DNA of 63,309 nucleotides, filler included, from Folioceros fuciformis (lineage: Eukaryota): the NCBI GenBank assembly GCA_049999805.1. It is 5 parts of 4 records of this genome, joined end to end, with 100 filler letters (N's around TTAATTAATTAA, not from the genome) between each part and the next. Parts side by side here need not be neighbours in the genome. Positions count along the whole stretch, not along the records: positions 1 to 22,150 come from JBNGIO010006379.1; positions 22,251 to 36,842 come from JBNGIO010006380.1; 3 more parts are not named here. The stretch is one strand, 5' to 3'. The notes under the pieces were generated by a model. It was given only the letters and a program-made list of their open reading frames with translations. It was not told where the DNA came from and searched no databases. Of this stretch, positions 12,915-22,895 are shown piece by piece; positions within the stretch are counted from its first letter, which is position 1, and every line of letters begins with the position of its first letter. The position numbers were made by a program, and so were the translations under genes.

Positions 12915-13729
12915 ATGATCAAGTGTACTAAGAAATACTACATAAGGACATCCATCCTTTGGATTTTATTATGTGGTAGAATTGCGAATGATGACGAGTT
13001 ACAACATATACAATCAGTCATGTGCAACTTGGAGTGGGTGATAACAGAATATGTATCTTTAGCTGTCAGGAAAGTGAAGGCTAAAGCCCTTAAACTTGTT
13101 GACGAGTTTGTTGTATCTTATTTTTATGGGATACCCAAGAGTAGAGGAGAACTTCATTTAATGAGAAATAACACTAGGGTTCTCGAAGCTCTAGATTTAT
13201 TTGCCATCTCGAATGATTTGAATGTGAAAGTGGAAGAAGATGGTCAACAACACTCATCAAAGACCGCACCAGATGTACTACAATGGGCATGTAGAGTAGG
13301 AGTACCTCCTTCATCTTCTTTTATCAACAAACAAACATAATGGAAGCTCTATTTGGGATTAGTGCACAAGATTGTACATGTTTCACTTCTTGGGATTTCA
13401 CATTACATGACATGACCAACAATTCAATCAACAATAGAGTACCTTATGGTATGGACCTTGAGCTTATTGCACAACATATATCACTTCTGAAAGAAGTTGT
13501 GAGACAAGCTGAGGAAAGTTGTGACCTTGATGTTGCAAATCCTAAAGATTTATCTTTGAGAAGTAAGGCTCAATCAACAATCCAAGGTTCAAAGTTGTAT
13601 TTGGAGCACAACCTTGTTGTCTCAAGACCACATGTTCCTGAACGCCAACAAGATGCGACAATAGGGTGTGCATTTCCAAGATGTATTACAAGATTCTTGA
13701 TTGAATCTCTTGAGCTTAATGATATGTAG
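12915..13729 (+). mobile_element. AT-rich decayed coding region of a dispersed repeat family (probable TE relic), product unknown
   Basis: Two abutting ORFs of 141 and 129 aa. Segment 13174-13300 has a diverged second copy at about 20516-20640. Confidence 0.4.
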
Positions 13730-14384
13730 TAAATAGTATGTTCCCCACTTAAGATAACCAACTAATGATGATATGGGGATTCATACCCACACATAAAACA
13801 TCACCATTCTATGAGGATCTGTTTCAGGACATATTCAGTACGGTTGTTCCCCCTATAGAACTCATATCTCATGACCATTTGCGTGCTATGCTTAGTGGCG
13901 GCTCATATGGGAAATGGAATCGGTTGTTAAGCGATCACGATTAATCCTTTCGCTGTGGTGTGCGTGCGTTCGAGGTGCCGAAAACCGGGTTTGGTTCAAA
14001 TGAAGTAGATACGATTATAAAGAAACGCCTACTTGCGCCACTTCGATTAGGGTTTAGGGGTTTGGGGGTCATGGTCCCTAAACCCACGGTTCCGTCATTC
14101 TGGATTTGTGCTACGCACTCTCAAATCCGCGTACGATGGAAGAACCGCAAGCATGCCGACGGAAGTCCCACAAGCGTTAGGGTTATTGTATCTTTTAGCG
14201 ATTGCTCCCTCTCCTCCCTCTCCTCCCTCTCCTTCCTCTCAGGCCTAGAAACAGGCCCGGTGCAGGAGAGCTGGGACGGCACGTTTCACAGAGACGGACA
14301 GTCATGGAATTGCACGGCTCTTGCTCGAGCTGGCCGTGCATGAGAGTTCTAACGGTGCTAGGTTTTTAGCAAGGGAATGTGGTC

Positions 14385-14790
14385 AATCGGGCCTGAGGTG
14401 ACGAGGATGTTGTCATCACCAAGCCGCAGCTGAGGCTTATTGACGCTGCCAACCAAGTGGAAAACATGAAGGTGAAGGAAGGGAGTCGTGGCAGCTGTGA
14501 CCGATTCCTGAGTCTGAGCGGCCTACCACCAGCTCGGCTCAGCCTCGCCGAGGTCATGGATACGGATATTGTTTTTTTCTTCGGAGTTTGGAGACCACTT
14601 CGCCATAACCACTGCTCTACCTACATCCCAGACATCCCCGAGTACAAGCCACGCTGGAGAGTCGGGGAGGAGCGCGGCGGAGGCGTGGGGATGCCCCACA
14701 GCGTCATTGTCATCAGGAATACCTTTCAATTCTTCGTTCTGCGTGACCTGCCCGTCTCGAAACGGCCCAAGGCACGATGCATGCCCGAAA
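14385..14790 (+). pseudogene. Decayed partial duplicate of the adjacent IFR/PCBER-like gene
   Basis: ATCACCAAGCCGCAGCTGAGGCTTATTGACGCTGCCAACCAAGTGG and TCGGAGTTTGGAGACCACTTCGCCATAACCAC align with about 15385-15430 and 15564-15600, with indels. Confidence 0.8.
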
Positions 14791-14979
14791 GAGAACAACA
14801 TGAGATGCTTACCAAGCTTATAGAAAAAGTGGCCATTTTGTCCTAAGCCGCCACTTGGACGAAGCTTACTGTCAGAGGTACTGTTGTTGCACTGTATTGC
14901 CTCTGAGTCCACTCTCGCAATGACATGACACAGTCTTCTCACTCGGCACCTCATCCGGAAGGTCTTCAGGTGTGTCGCG

Positions 14980-16420
14980 ATGGCGCAGGGCTCGGACAAG
15001 GCGGACAGGATTCTGGTAGTTGGAGCTACAGGATATGTTGGCCGCTACATTGCCTTGGCCAGCGCGAGGCTGGGGTATCGAACCTTCGCCCTCGTCCGTC
15101 CCTCCTCCCTCTCGGATCCCGCAAAAGCCCCGGTCCGGCGGGACCTGGAAGACGTTGGAGTCACCTTCCTGCCGGTAACTCCAGGATGGCTTGAAACGCG
15201 TTTCAGTAGCATAGTATGTAGGTGTGATAGCCAGGTGGTGCAGCAGGGTTTTGAAGCTGCGCTGCGGGGGGTTTGACAGGGGGATTTGGACGACCATGGG
15301 AGCTTAATCCAAGCGTTGAAGCAAGTGGACGTGGTGATTTCCCTTGTAGGAGGATTCGGGGCTGAGGTGACGAGCATGGTCGACATCACCAAGCAGCAGC
15401 TGAAGCTGATTGAGGCAGCCAAGCAAGTGGGAACCATCAAGGTGAAGGGAGCAAGTCCTGGAAGTACTGTGAAAGGATTTTTGAGAGGGCTAGGAGTGGA
15501 GTGGCGCTCACCACCATGTAGGCTCTGTCTTACGGTGTGGCCTGGGTGCAGAGGTTTCTGCCCTCGGAGTTTGGAGACGACTTCGCCAAAACCACCGCTC
15601 TGCCTCCCAGACAACCCCTGGTCCGAGCCAAGCTTNNNNNNNNNNNNNNNNNNNNNNNNNNNNNNNNNNNNNNNNNNNNNNNNNNNNNNNNNNNNNNNNN
15701 NNNNNNNNNNNNNNNNNNNNNNNNNNNNNNNNNNNAGATTCGGGAGGCGGTGAAGGCGTCAGGGCTCGCCTACACCTTCGTTGTCAGCAACACCTTTCAA
15801 GGCTTCTTTGTCGCCGGCCTGTCTCAAGAAGGTCTCACCACACCACCAAAAGACAAGGCCGTAATCTACGGCCACGCCAAAGGTCTGTTACCACTTCCCC
15901 TCGCCCGTGATATGCGCAAGCCAGGCAAGCGGGCTGCTCACGCTGAACCACGTCGGGATACAACCGTCGTGCAGCTTTTTTTGTGGAGGAAGAGGACGTG
16001 GCAAGCTACACAGTCAGAGCTGCGGTCGATCCCAGAGCTGAGAACAAGGTGCTCTACATCAGGCCCGCCAGCAATAAACTGAGTCACCTGGAGCTGGTGG
16101 AACTGTGGGAGAAGAAATCCGGGTTTCAGTTGGTAAAGACTCAGCTGGAAGAAGAGGACGTCTTGAAGCGGGTGAACGGTAGGAACCTTGTTTACCCTTT
16201 CGCACCATAGCACTTCATGTTTCCACCCTAGTAATCTTGGTGCGTATTGCTCTCAGAGGCGTCGTTTCCTGCCGACATCTTCACGGCTTTTCTCTACTCT
16301 CTTTACGTCAAGGGAGATCAAACCAGCTTCGAAGTGCCTTCAGATGCGGTAGAAGCAACGCAGCTGTTCCCAGAGGTCCAGTACACCACAGTCGATCGGT
16401 ACTTGGACAGGTTCTTGTGA
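14980..16420 (+). CDS. NmrA-family isoflavone reductase/PCBER/PLR-like NADPH reductase, about 5 exons
   Basis: RILVVGATGYVGRYIALAS, QALKQVDVVISLVGG, KRFLPSEFG, conserved K..IREAVKASGLAYTFVVSN, EDVASYTVRAAVDPRAENKVLYIRP and YTTVDRYLDRFL*. Confidence 0.92.
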
Positions 16421-16660
16421 CTTGAGGAACCTTCGGGGCTGGCTTCCATCGCCTGCGATCGTGTATAGTGTTGTGACCCTTATCTCCGTGCATATTACAT
16501 TCAGTCCATAATCCGCTGTACCGTACCTTGGTTGTTGCAACTTTGTCGGACTGCGTACTTTTTAGCATCTGTTTCAGTCCAGTCGCAGGCTGAGACCTGG
16601 GCACTATCTATTCATATCCCGTGGCGCGACGTCGAGTAGCATTATTGTCTTGCTGATAGA

Positions 16661-16768
16661 CTTCTGCCCCGTCTCCCTGTTGCGACCGTCGCTTGCCTTC
16701 TGCCCCGGCTCCTTGTCGCTCGTCGCTTGCCTTCTGCCCCGGCTCCTTGTCGCTCGTCGCTTGCCTTC
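16661..16768. repeat. 34-bp tandem repeat just upstream of the GST start codon
   Basis: GCTTGCCTTCTGCCCCGGCTCCTTGTCGCTCGTC is exact at 16691-16724 and 16725-16758, with a degenerate copy upstream. Confidence 0.9.
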
Positions 16769-16777
16769 GTAGTGGAA

Positions 16778-17727
16778 ATGGCTCCCAAGGTTTACGGAAC
16801 GGCCGCTTCGACTTGTACGGCCAAGGTGCTGGCTACTCTGTTCGAGAAAGGAATGGAGGATGTGGAGCTGATCCCTGTCAATCTGGGAGTCGGCGAGCAG
16901 AAGAATCCCGAGTTTCTTAAGCTACAGCCTTTCGGTGTGATACCTGTCTACGAGGACGAGGACGTCACTCTCTACGGTCAGTGTTTCTTTGACGGGGTTT
17001 GGCAACGCCATGCATTTGTAGCAAGTGCCATTTCTCGGATTTCAGCCGGCAGCTCAGAGTGTCGTGGGAAGTAGTGCATTGCAGCAAAGTGCGATTGCTC
17101 GGAGCTCCGCGGGTAGCTCAGATCTTCGTGGGAAGCACTGCATTTCAGTGAGGGAATGGAATGTGCAGCTCAGAGTTTCGTGTGTTTGGGGTTGAGAGGC
17201 AGCGATCGGGCCGGACGGGTTGCACTGGAATGCACCTCGTTTGAGTTATGCGGCTGACGGGTTGGAGCATTGTTGCAGAATCGCGTGCCATCGCCAGGCA
17301 CGTTGCCCACTAGCACGCCCTGGAGGGGACCCTTCTGTATGGGGAGACCATCGTGGACACGGCAGTGACTGAGCAGTGGCTGGAGGTGGAGTCGCAGAAT
17401 TACAACCCCCTCGTCTCCACCATTGTCTTTCAGCTCGTGGTTCTCAAGCTACGCGGGGACCAGACCGATGAGAAGCTTGTGCAGGAGAAACTGGCCCAGT
17501 TGGAGAAGGTGCTGGATATCTACGAGGAGCACCTGTCCAAGAGCAAGTATCTGGCCGGGTCCTTCTTCAGCTTGGCAGATCTGTCCCACCTGCCTTACAC
17601 CCACTACTTGATCAACGTCGCCGGGAAGCCTGATTCGGTCAGGAGCCGGAAGCATGTGAACGCCTGGTGGGAGGACATCTCTTCCCGCCCTTCCTGGAAG
17701 AAGGTTTTGGAGCTGGCCAAGCAGTGA
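16778..17727 (+). pseudogene. Phi-class glutathione S-transferase with an in-frame TAG (pseudogene or null allele); exons 16778-16976 and 17279-17727
   Basis: MAPKVYGTAASTCTAKVL..KLQPFGVIPVYED..LY|ESRAIARHVAH*..EQWLEVESQNYNP..YLAGSFFSLADLSHLPY..WWEDISSRPSWKKV. TAG at 17311-17313. Confidence 0.88.
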
Positions 17728-19079
17728 GCTGTTCCCAGTTCCGTAGTTTACAACCTCTTAGTTGTGGGCTAGGCTGGAATGTGAAGATCGGACGGGAGCG
17801 CGTCTTACGCACTTTCTCCTCTCCGCATACTGGCTTCTTTGGACCTCATGAAAAGTGAAGTTCATGCCTTTTTTTTTCTGTAGGTCCCTATTTGTCTTTT
17901 TTTTTTTTTGTCTTCGTCTGTGCAAACCAAGAACGGTCACCCCTGTCACAGGCTGGTTTTTCGACAAGGTAGAAACAATCCCTGATCTCAGATCGTGTGG
18001 GTTCTCAGGGGCTCAAATCACTAGGACTTCACTGAACGGTCCATCGATGCAATGGTACAGGCACGAAGATCGTGGTTGCCTCTTCTTTCCGCCCAATTTG
18101 GGATGTCTGAGAATCTGAGGCATCACATGGCTCTGATTTCGTGTACGTGAAGCTGACCTGCAACCGCACAACAATAGCTTTGCTGAAAACACCAGCCTAA
18201 GACGTTTTCAGCCGCTTGCATCTGCTTTTGATAACTCGGAGCAGGTCAGAGCCTGAGTCGCTGACGCCTCGGTAAACCTCGACTCTGTCGAAGTGTTTGA
18301 TTCCATCAGAGGAGCAGTCTAGCGGCCCCATCATCATTTAGAGTGATGCACAAAAGATTGGGTGCAAGGAACGAGTGATGGCAGGAGTTGGATCCAGCAC
18401 AGGCACAGGATGTAAAATGCGCAGGTTGTGTTCCGTTGTCACCTCGAGCTACGAGTTCTCACGTATCTTCCAGCGCCTTTGAAGCCACCGCCATATGTCC
18501 TTCAACTGAGAGGTCCTCCCAGTCTCAGCTGGCCAGCGATTCTCTGTCCGACTTCAGGACCCCATGAGGTGAAGTGAAGTGTCAGAGTCTATCAAAGAGC
18601 ACTTGACCCTACCAACTGTGGAATCGTACGTACATATCAAAAGCGTAATAATCCCTAGAACCCCTCCATCTGCGAATCGGAATCGAACCCGCCCTGAGCG
18701 CGGCCCCCGTTACACGGAGTATATGGCGGTAACCTCCAAGAAAAATATCCAAAATAATGTTATAAATTGCAAACAGCATCAATTTCTACCCACCATTGAG
18801 GACATGAGGACTACCTGGGTCAACATGCTTGTTTGGGTCTCTTATCTGTAGAAAGGTATTTTATATTATTAAAAAAGAGATAAGAATCCCATGTCCTCCA
18901 AGGAACAACCTCGCTACGCCAAAACGTCTAGCCCTTTCAATATCATTCTCAAAAATTATTTGCTGTTTTTAAAATATCATGATGTAGAATAACAAAAGAG
19001 ATGTAGAATAACAAAAGGTCTACTCACCATTGGTGACCAATGTGCGCTGTCCAAGGCCACGTTTGACCTAGAAACCACT

Positions 19080-20415
19080 ATGGCCAATGTCCTCTATCCA
19101 AAGAAGACCACCACATAGGCACATGACTCTGACTCTTAAGAGCAAGGGGATGAAAGTATACCCATCTTGTACGGCAGAATACTTATGAACTTTGGCGCTT
19201 GCACAACCCTAGGTCGTTCCAAAGAGGTTGATGATAATGTCTCTCAAATTGAATCCCTAGTGCGATTTGTAACAACCATATTAGCGACACAAACCTATTC
19301 TCCTATAATGAAAAAAAATGTAACAACCATATTAGCGACACAAACCTATTCTCCTATAATGAAAGAAAATGAAACCCTCTTGCACAAAGTATATGGATGC
19401 TCTAGAGCCTATACGAAAGAAACTCACACTCCCTAGCCATTGAGAATATAACATCTTGAATTGCATGATCCCTCAACCCTTCCCTAGAAAAGGAGGTAAA
19501 ACCTTACAAGCCTCCAAAGGTAAAGAGTCTCTTACTTGCCTAAGAGATACTTGTAAAGGGAAAATGCCTTCCTCGTGGCCCAAGATAAAACCTTCAATAA
19601 GAGGGAATCTTGCAGCAAAAAAATGAGAGGCCAAAATTGGAGCTANNNNNNNNNNNNNNNNNNNNNNNNNNNNNNNNNNNNNNNNNNNNNNNNNNNNNNN
19701 NNNNNNNNNNNNNNNNNNNNNNNNNNNNNNNNNNNNNNNNNNNNNATATGAGGGTCACCGATTTGTTAGAGGTCCATGATATGAGCCAAATCTTCATCCA
19801 ACGTTGAATCCACAAACCCATGAACAAAATAAAGAGGTCTCACATAAACACTCGAGACTCGAAATCCTTGTAAGAAGGCGATATCGCCTCCCGAATATAG
19901 AAGGAGGTGAGTGATGCTTAAAGAGGACCAAACCGTGCCTTTAGACAATGTAACCCTCAACCCCACTTCAGAGAGCTCTTACGAGAAGAAATCAAATGCT
20001 GCTTTGACTATAATTCTTTGCCCAACAATATGAGTGTCATTAGCCACTTATGAGAAAAGGCATTCCCTACATGCCAAAGCACTAAAAGACAACATTTGAA
20101 AATGTGCCATTGCAAAAAGAGCACCCCTTAGCAAATCCTCTTGCCTTATGCTTCTTGCTAAATAGAAAAACTGAGACTCCCTTAATACTCGAGACATGTT
20201 GGTAATAGAGCTTGAATGGCGAGCTATATAAGGAGCAAACAAAAGGTATGAGACTTACTAATTGACCTCCTACACTCTTGAGCTCTGAGAAGATGGTGAC
20301 CCTTGAGATAATGTTGAAAGCATTTCCGATATCAACTTGCAAAGCTATCTAGTGAAGATGTGACTTGAGGGCTGCTTGGATGCTGAAGGCGGCTGATTCA
20401 CATCCACCTAAGGAT
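19080..20415 (-). mobile_element. Degenerate non-LTR retrotransposon (RT plus probable restriction-like endonuclease; CRE-like)
   Basis: GGCESAAFSIQAALKSHLH*IALQVDIGNAFNIISR (RT motif region), a degenerate QGD.L motif, and a distal K..KY...FIPLA segment. Many stops and frameshifts. Confidence 0.7.
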
Positions 20416-20715
20416 GTGTAGAAAGGGCCTTATTCAAGTTCGACTAAGTATAGACAAATGCATGTCTCCTTGTGTTACGAAATAGAAGGGTAGAACCCTT
20501 CATTATGGAATAAGGCTAGGATTTTGAACGCTTTAGAAGCTTTTGCCAAGGCCCATGATTTGGATGTGGAAGTGGAAGAAGATATCAATAACATTCTTCA
20601 AAGAAGATGCTTGATGTAATAGGATGGCCATAAAGTAAGGTTGGGTTCTATACCAACCAACCAAGGCTCTATATAGCCACGTTCCTAGCCACACATTATA
20701 GAATAGATGTGCTTT

Positions 20716-20775
20716 TGTTAATGGTGTTGTTACCTTGTTAATGGTGTTGTTACCTTGTTAATGGTGTTGTTACCG
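20716..20775. repeat. 20-bp tandem repeat x3 (TTGTTAATGGTGTTGTTACC)
   Basis: Exact direct repeats. Confidence 0.9.
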
Positions 20776-21865
20776 TATTACCTTGGTATAGAATGGATAT
20801 GCCTGTGCTAATGCAGTTGTTAGCCGGAATAGATGTGCCTAAGCTAATGGGCTCTTTACCATAGTTTTAATATTAAACTGAAATATATTTTGATGAATGT
20901 TTGCATCCTATGCTCTCAAAGTTTAGTGGCGGCTGGGAAAGGGAACCACTTTTGTGAAGTGATCATGGGTACTCTTTTGGCTCCGCATGCGTTCGACGAC
21001 ATGGGAAACCGGGTTTGGTTCAGACCAAGTAGATTAAAATATCGAATGCCATAAGTAGTCGATGATGTATCTGGCCCAAATGTGGCGTATACCGAGGGGA
21101 GGGAGTGAGGGCCATGTTCTTCACCCTCATCTTGCAACAACGGGGAATGCGACCGTTTTTCCGTCTGGCTGACCAGTCAGTTTCCAGTTCACTGATCTAC
21201 TATAGCTGATTCCTGAACCTGCTTCGTCAAGAGACGAGGAAGGTTCAGGACTGGGAGTCCCAAATCACCTCAAATCTAAACTAAATCTTATCTGCAGACA
21301 CCGAACTTTTCTGTGGTCGCCAAGACCCAACACATGTTTGTGCACCAGCATCTGAGATTGACAACGTAGAAGCACCTTCCTGGCTCACGAAGTGTCTCGG
21401 TCATGCCGTCTCGGTAGTCCTAGATCTCTGTCGTCTTGATTGTTATCAGAGGAGCAATCGTGCACCTCCTCCACCAAGTAGGGCTGTGCTTAGAAGCCTG
21501 AATGCGAGGTACCATTCCCCATAAAAGGATTTTGATTCACGGCAGCTCCAACAGGACGGAATATGACAGCGCGTCTTCCCTTGGCACCTTCGGCTGCAAG
21601 TACGTACTCATGTCTGTTTCAGTGGCATCCATCTCCCCCATGGTTCCTTCACTGGCGTCCTCCCATCTTCAGCTACAAGCGAATTCTCAGCAAGACCCCA
21701 CCAAAAAGTTCGGGGGTTCTGGCACCCACTCCTGCTGCCCTCCTTGGACCCATTAGCTTCCTCCATGCTGGTAGCGCCTGCAACCAGGGCACTTGGATCC
21801 ACTGGGTGGTGGACAGGTAGTCACGGCTTTCAAGATAGGGACTGAACACGTCAGTCGTTGAGCAG

Positions 21866-22150
21866 TTAGCAGAATTCTTCTGCCAGTTCCTCTTCCTCCT
21901 GCACCGGTAGATCGAATTCGTGCAACAGCCTTCTCCATTTTCTGATCTGCCCATCCCAGCTGCGCTTGCTGCAGATTTGGCGGATGTTGGGCGTTGCAGG
22001 GTCTGTCTTTCTCCTCGCGGGCTTGGGCACCTGTTCCAGATACCGCTCGTACCCGAGCGTGTTCTTCCCGTAATCGATCTGCTTCTGCCTCTGCTGCAAC
22101 CGGTGAGGGTCCGACTCCTCTACGCACTTGGCCCCCGGCTTGGCGCTCTT
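21866..22150 (-). CDS. SLBP: Histone mRNA stem-loop (hairpin) binding protein, RNA-binding domain; 5' end lost in the gap
   Basis: RLQQRQKQIDYGKNTLGYERYLEQVPKPARRKTDPATPNIRQICSKRSWDGQIRKWRRLLHEFD matches the SLBP signature RQKQI.YGKNT..Y..Y...VP...R....P.TP......S.R.WD.QI..W+..LH..D. Confidence 0.9.
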   Translation of the reverse strand, partial: KSAKPGAKCVEESDPHRLQQRQKQIDYGKNTLGYERYLEQVPKPARRKTDPATPNIRQICSKRSWDGQIRKWRRLLHEFDLPVQEEEELAEEFC

Positions 22151-22250
22151 NNNNNNNNNNNNNNNNNNNNNNNNNNNNNNNNNNNNNNNNNNNNTTAATT
22201 AATTAANNNNNNNNNNNNNNNNNNNNNNNNNNNNNNNNNNNNNNNNNNNN
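22151..22250. other. Assembly linker N44-TTAATTAATTAA-N44 (contig join); same linker at 36843-36942, 54236-54335 and 59169-59268
   Basis: Identical 12-mer with stops in all frames, centred in 100-nt N blocks. Genes are truncated at these points. Confidence 0.95.
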
Positions 22251-22895
22251 CGGCGTTGCCTGCCTGGCATGTTGTCTCAATTCGGGGTTCGCCGTGCCGC
22301 AGTGGCGCCGTCGTGCGCCTCTTCGCCGACGGTGGCGGCAATTGGAAGGTAAAGAATGTTCTTCAACTGGCGCTGTTGCTGCCGCGCTCTGCTTGCCATG
22401 GCAGAGCTGGTGTGGTGTGGTTTGCTGCCTGGCATGCGATGATGTTTGCCTGGTTTCAGTGTTTTGGTACCGGTGCACCCCTCAATGGCAGAGAGCTGTT
22501 TGCTTTGCTGTGGCAGGCTGGGCCCCGTAAGGGGCCTAGGATTTAAGTGACACGTGCTTGGAGGCAGCTTGGTGCGTGAGCAACTCAGCACACGGCATGA
22601 ACGTCTGAGGTACCGTGTGGTTCTGTCATTTATATGATTTGGAAGGTTGGGTAGGGCGTGGAAGAAGGGTAGGATTTGGAGAGGAAAGAAAGTTTCTTTT
22701 TCGTATATGAGTGTTCTCGTTTGCGGTTATGTGTTCACGACAGCAATGTAATTGATCCGTTGTTTGTGTTCTCCAGCGCGAGAGCTGGTACAAGTACTTC
22801 ATTGCAGTTGTCGCTCAACAGCGCGACAGAAGAGACTGGTGCGATGCGTCTGCGCTTGGTGTAGCCCTTCTGCACCTTTGGTTCAATCGGAGTTT

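Noticed and set aside
17311-17313. GST TAG repaired by the nearby U-to-C editor (UAG to CAG)
   Set aside because: PPR editing is organellar, and the expected residue is Lys, not Gln.
22195-22206. Recurrent TTAATTAATTAA palindrome
   Set aside because: Artificial scaffold linker, always centred in 100-nt N blocks.
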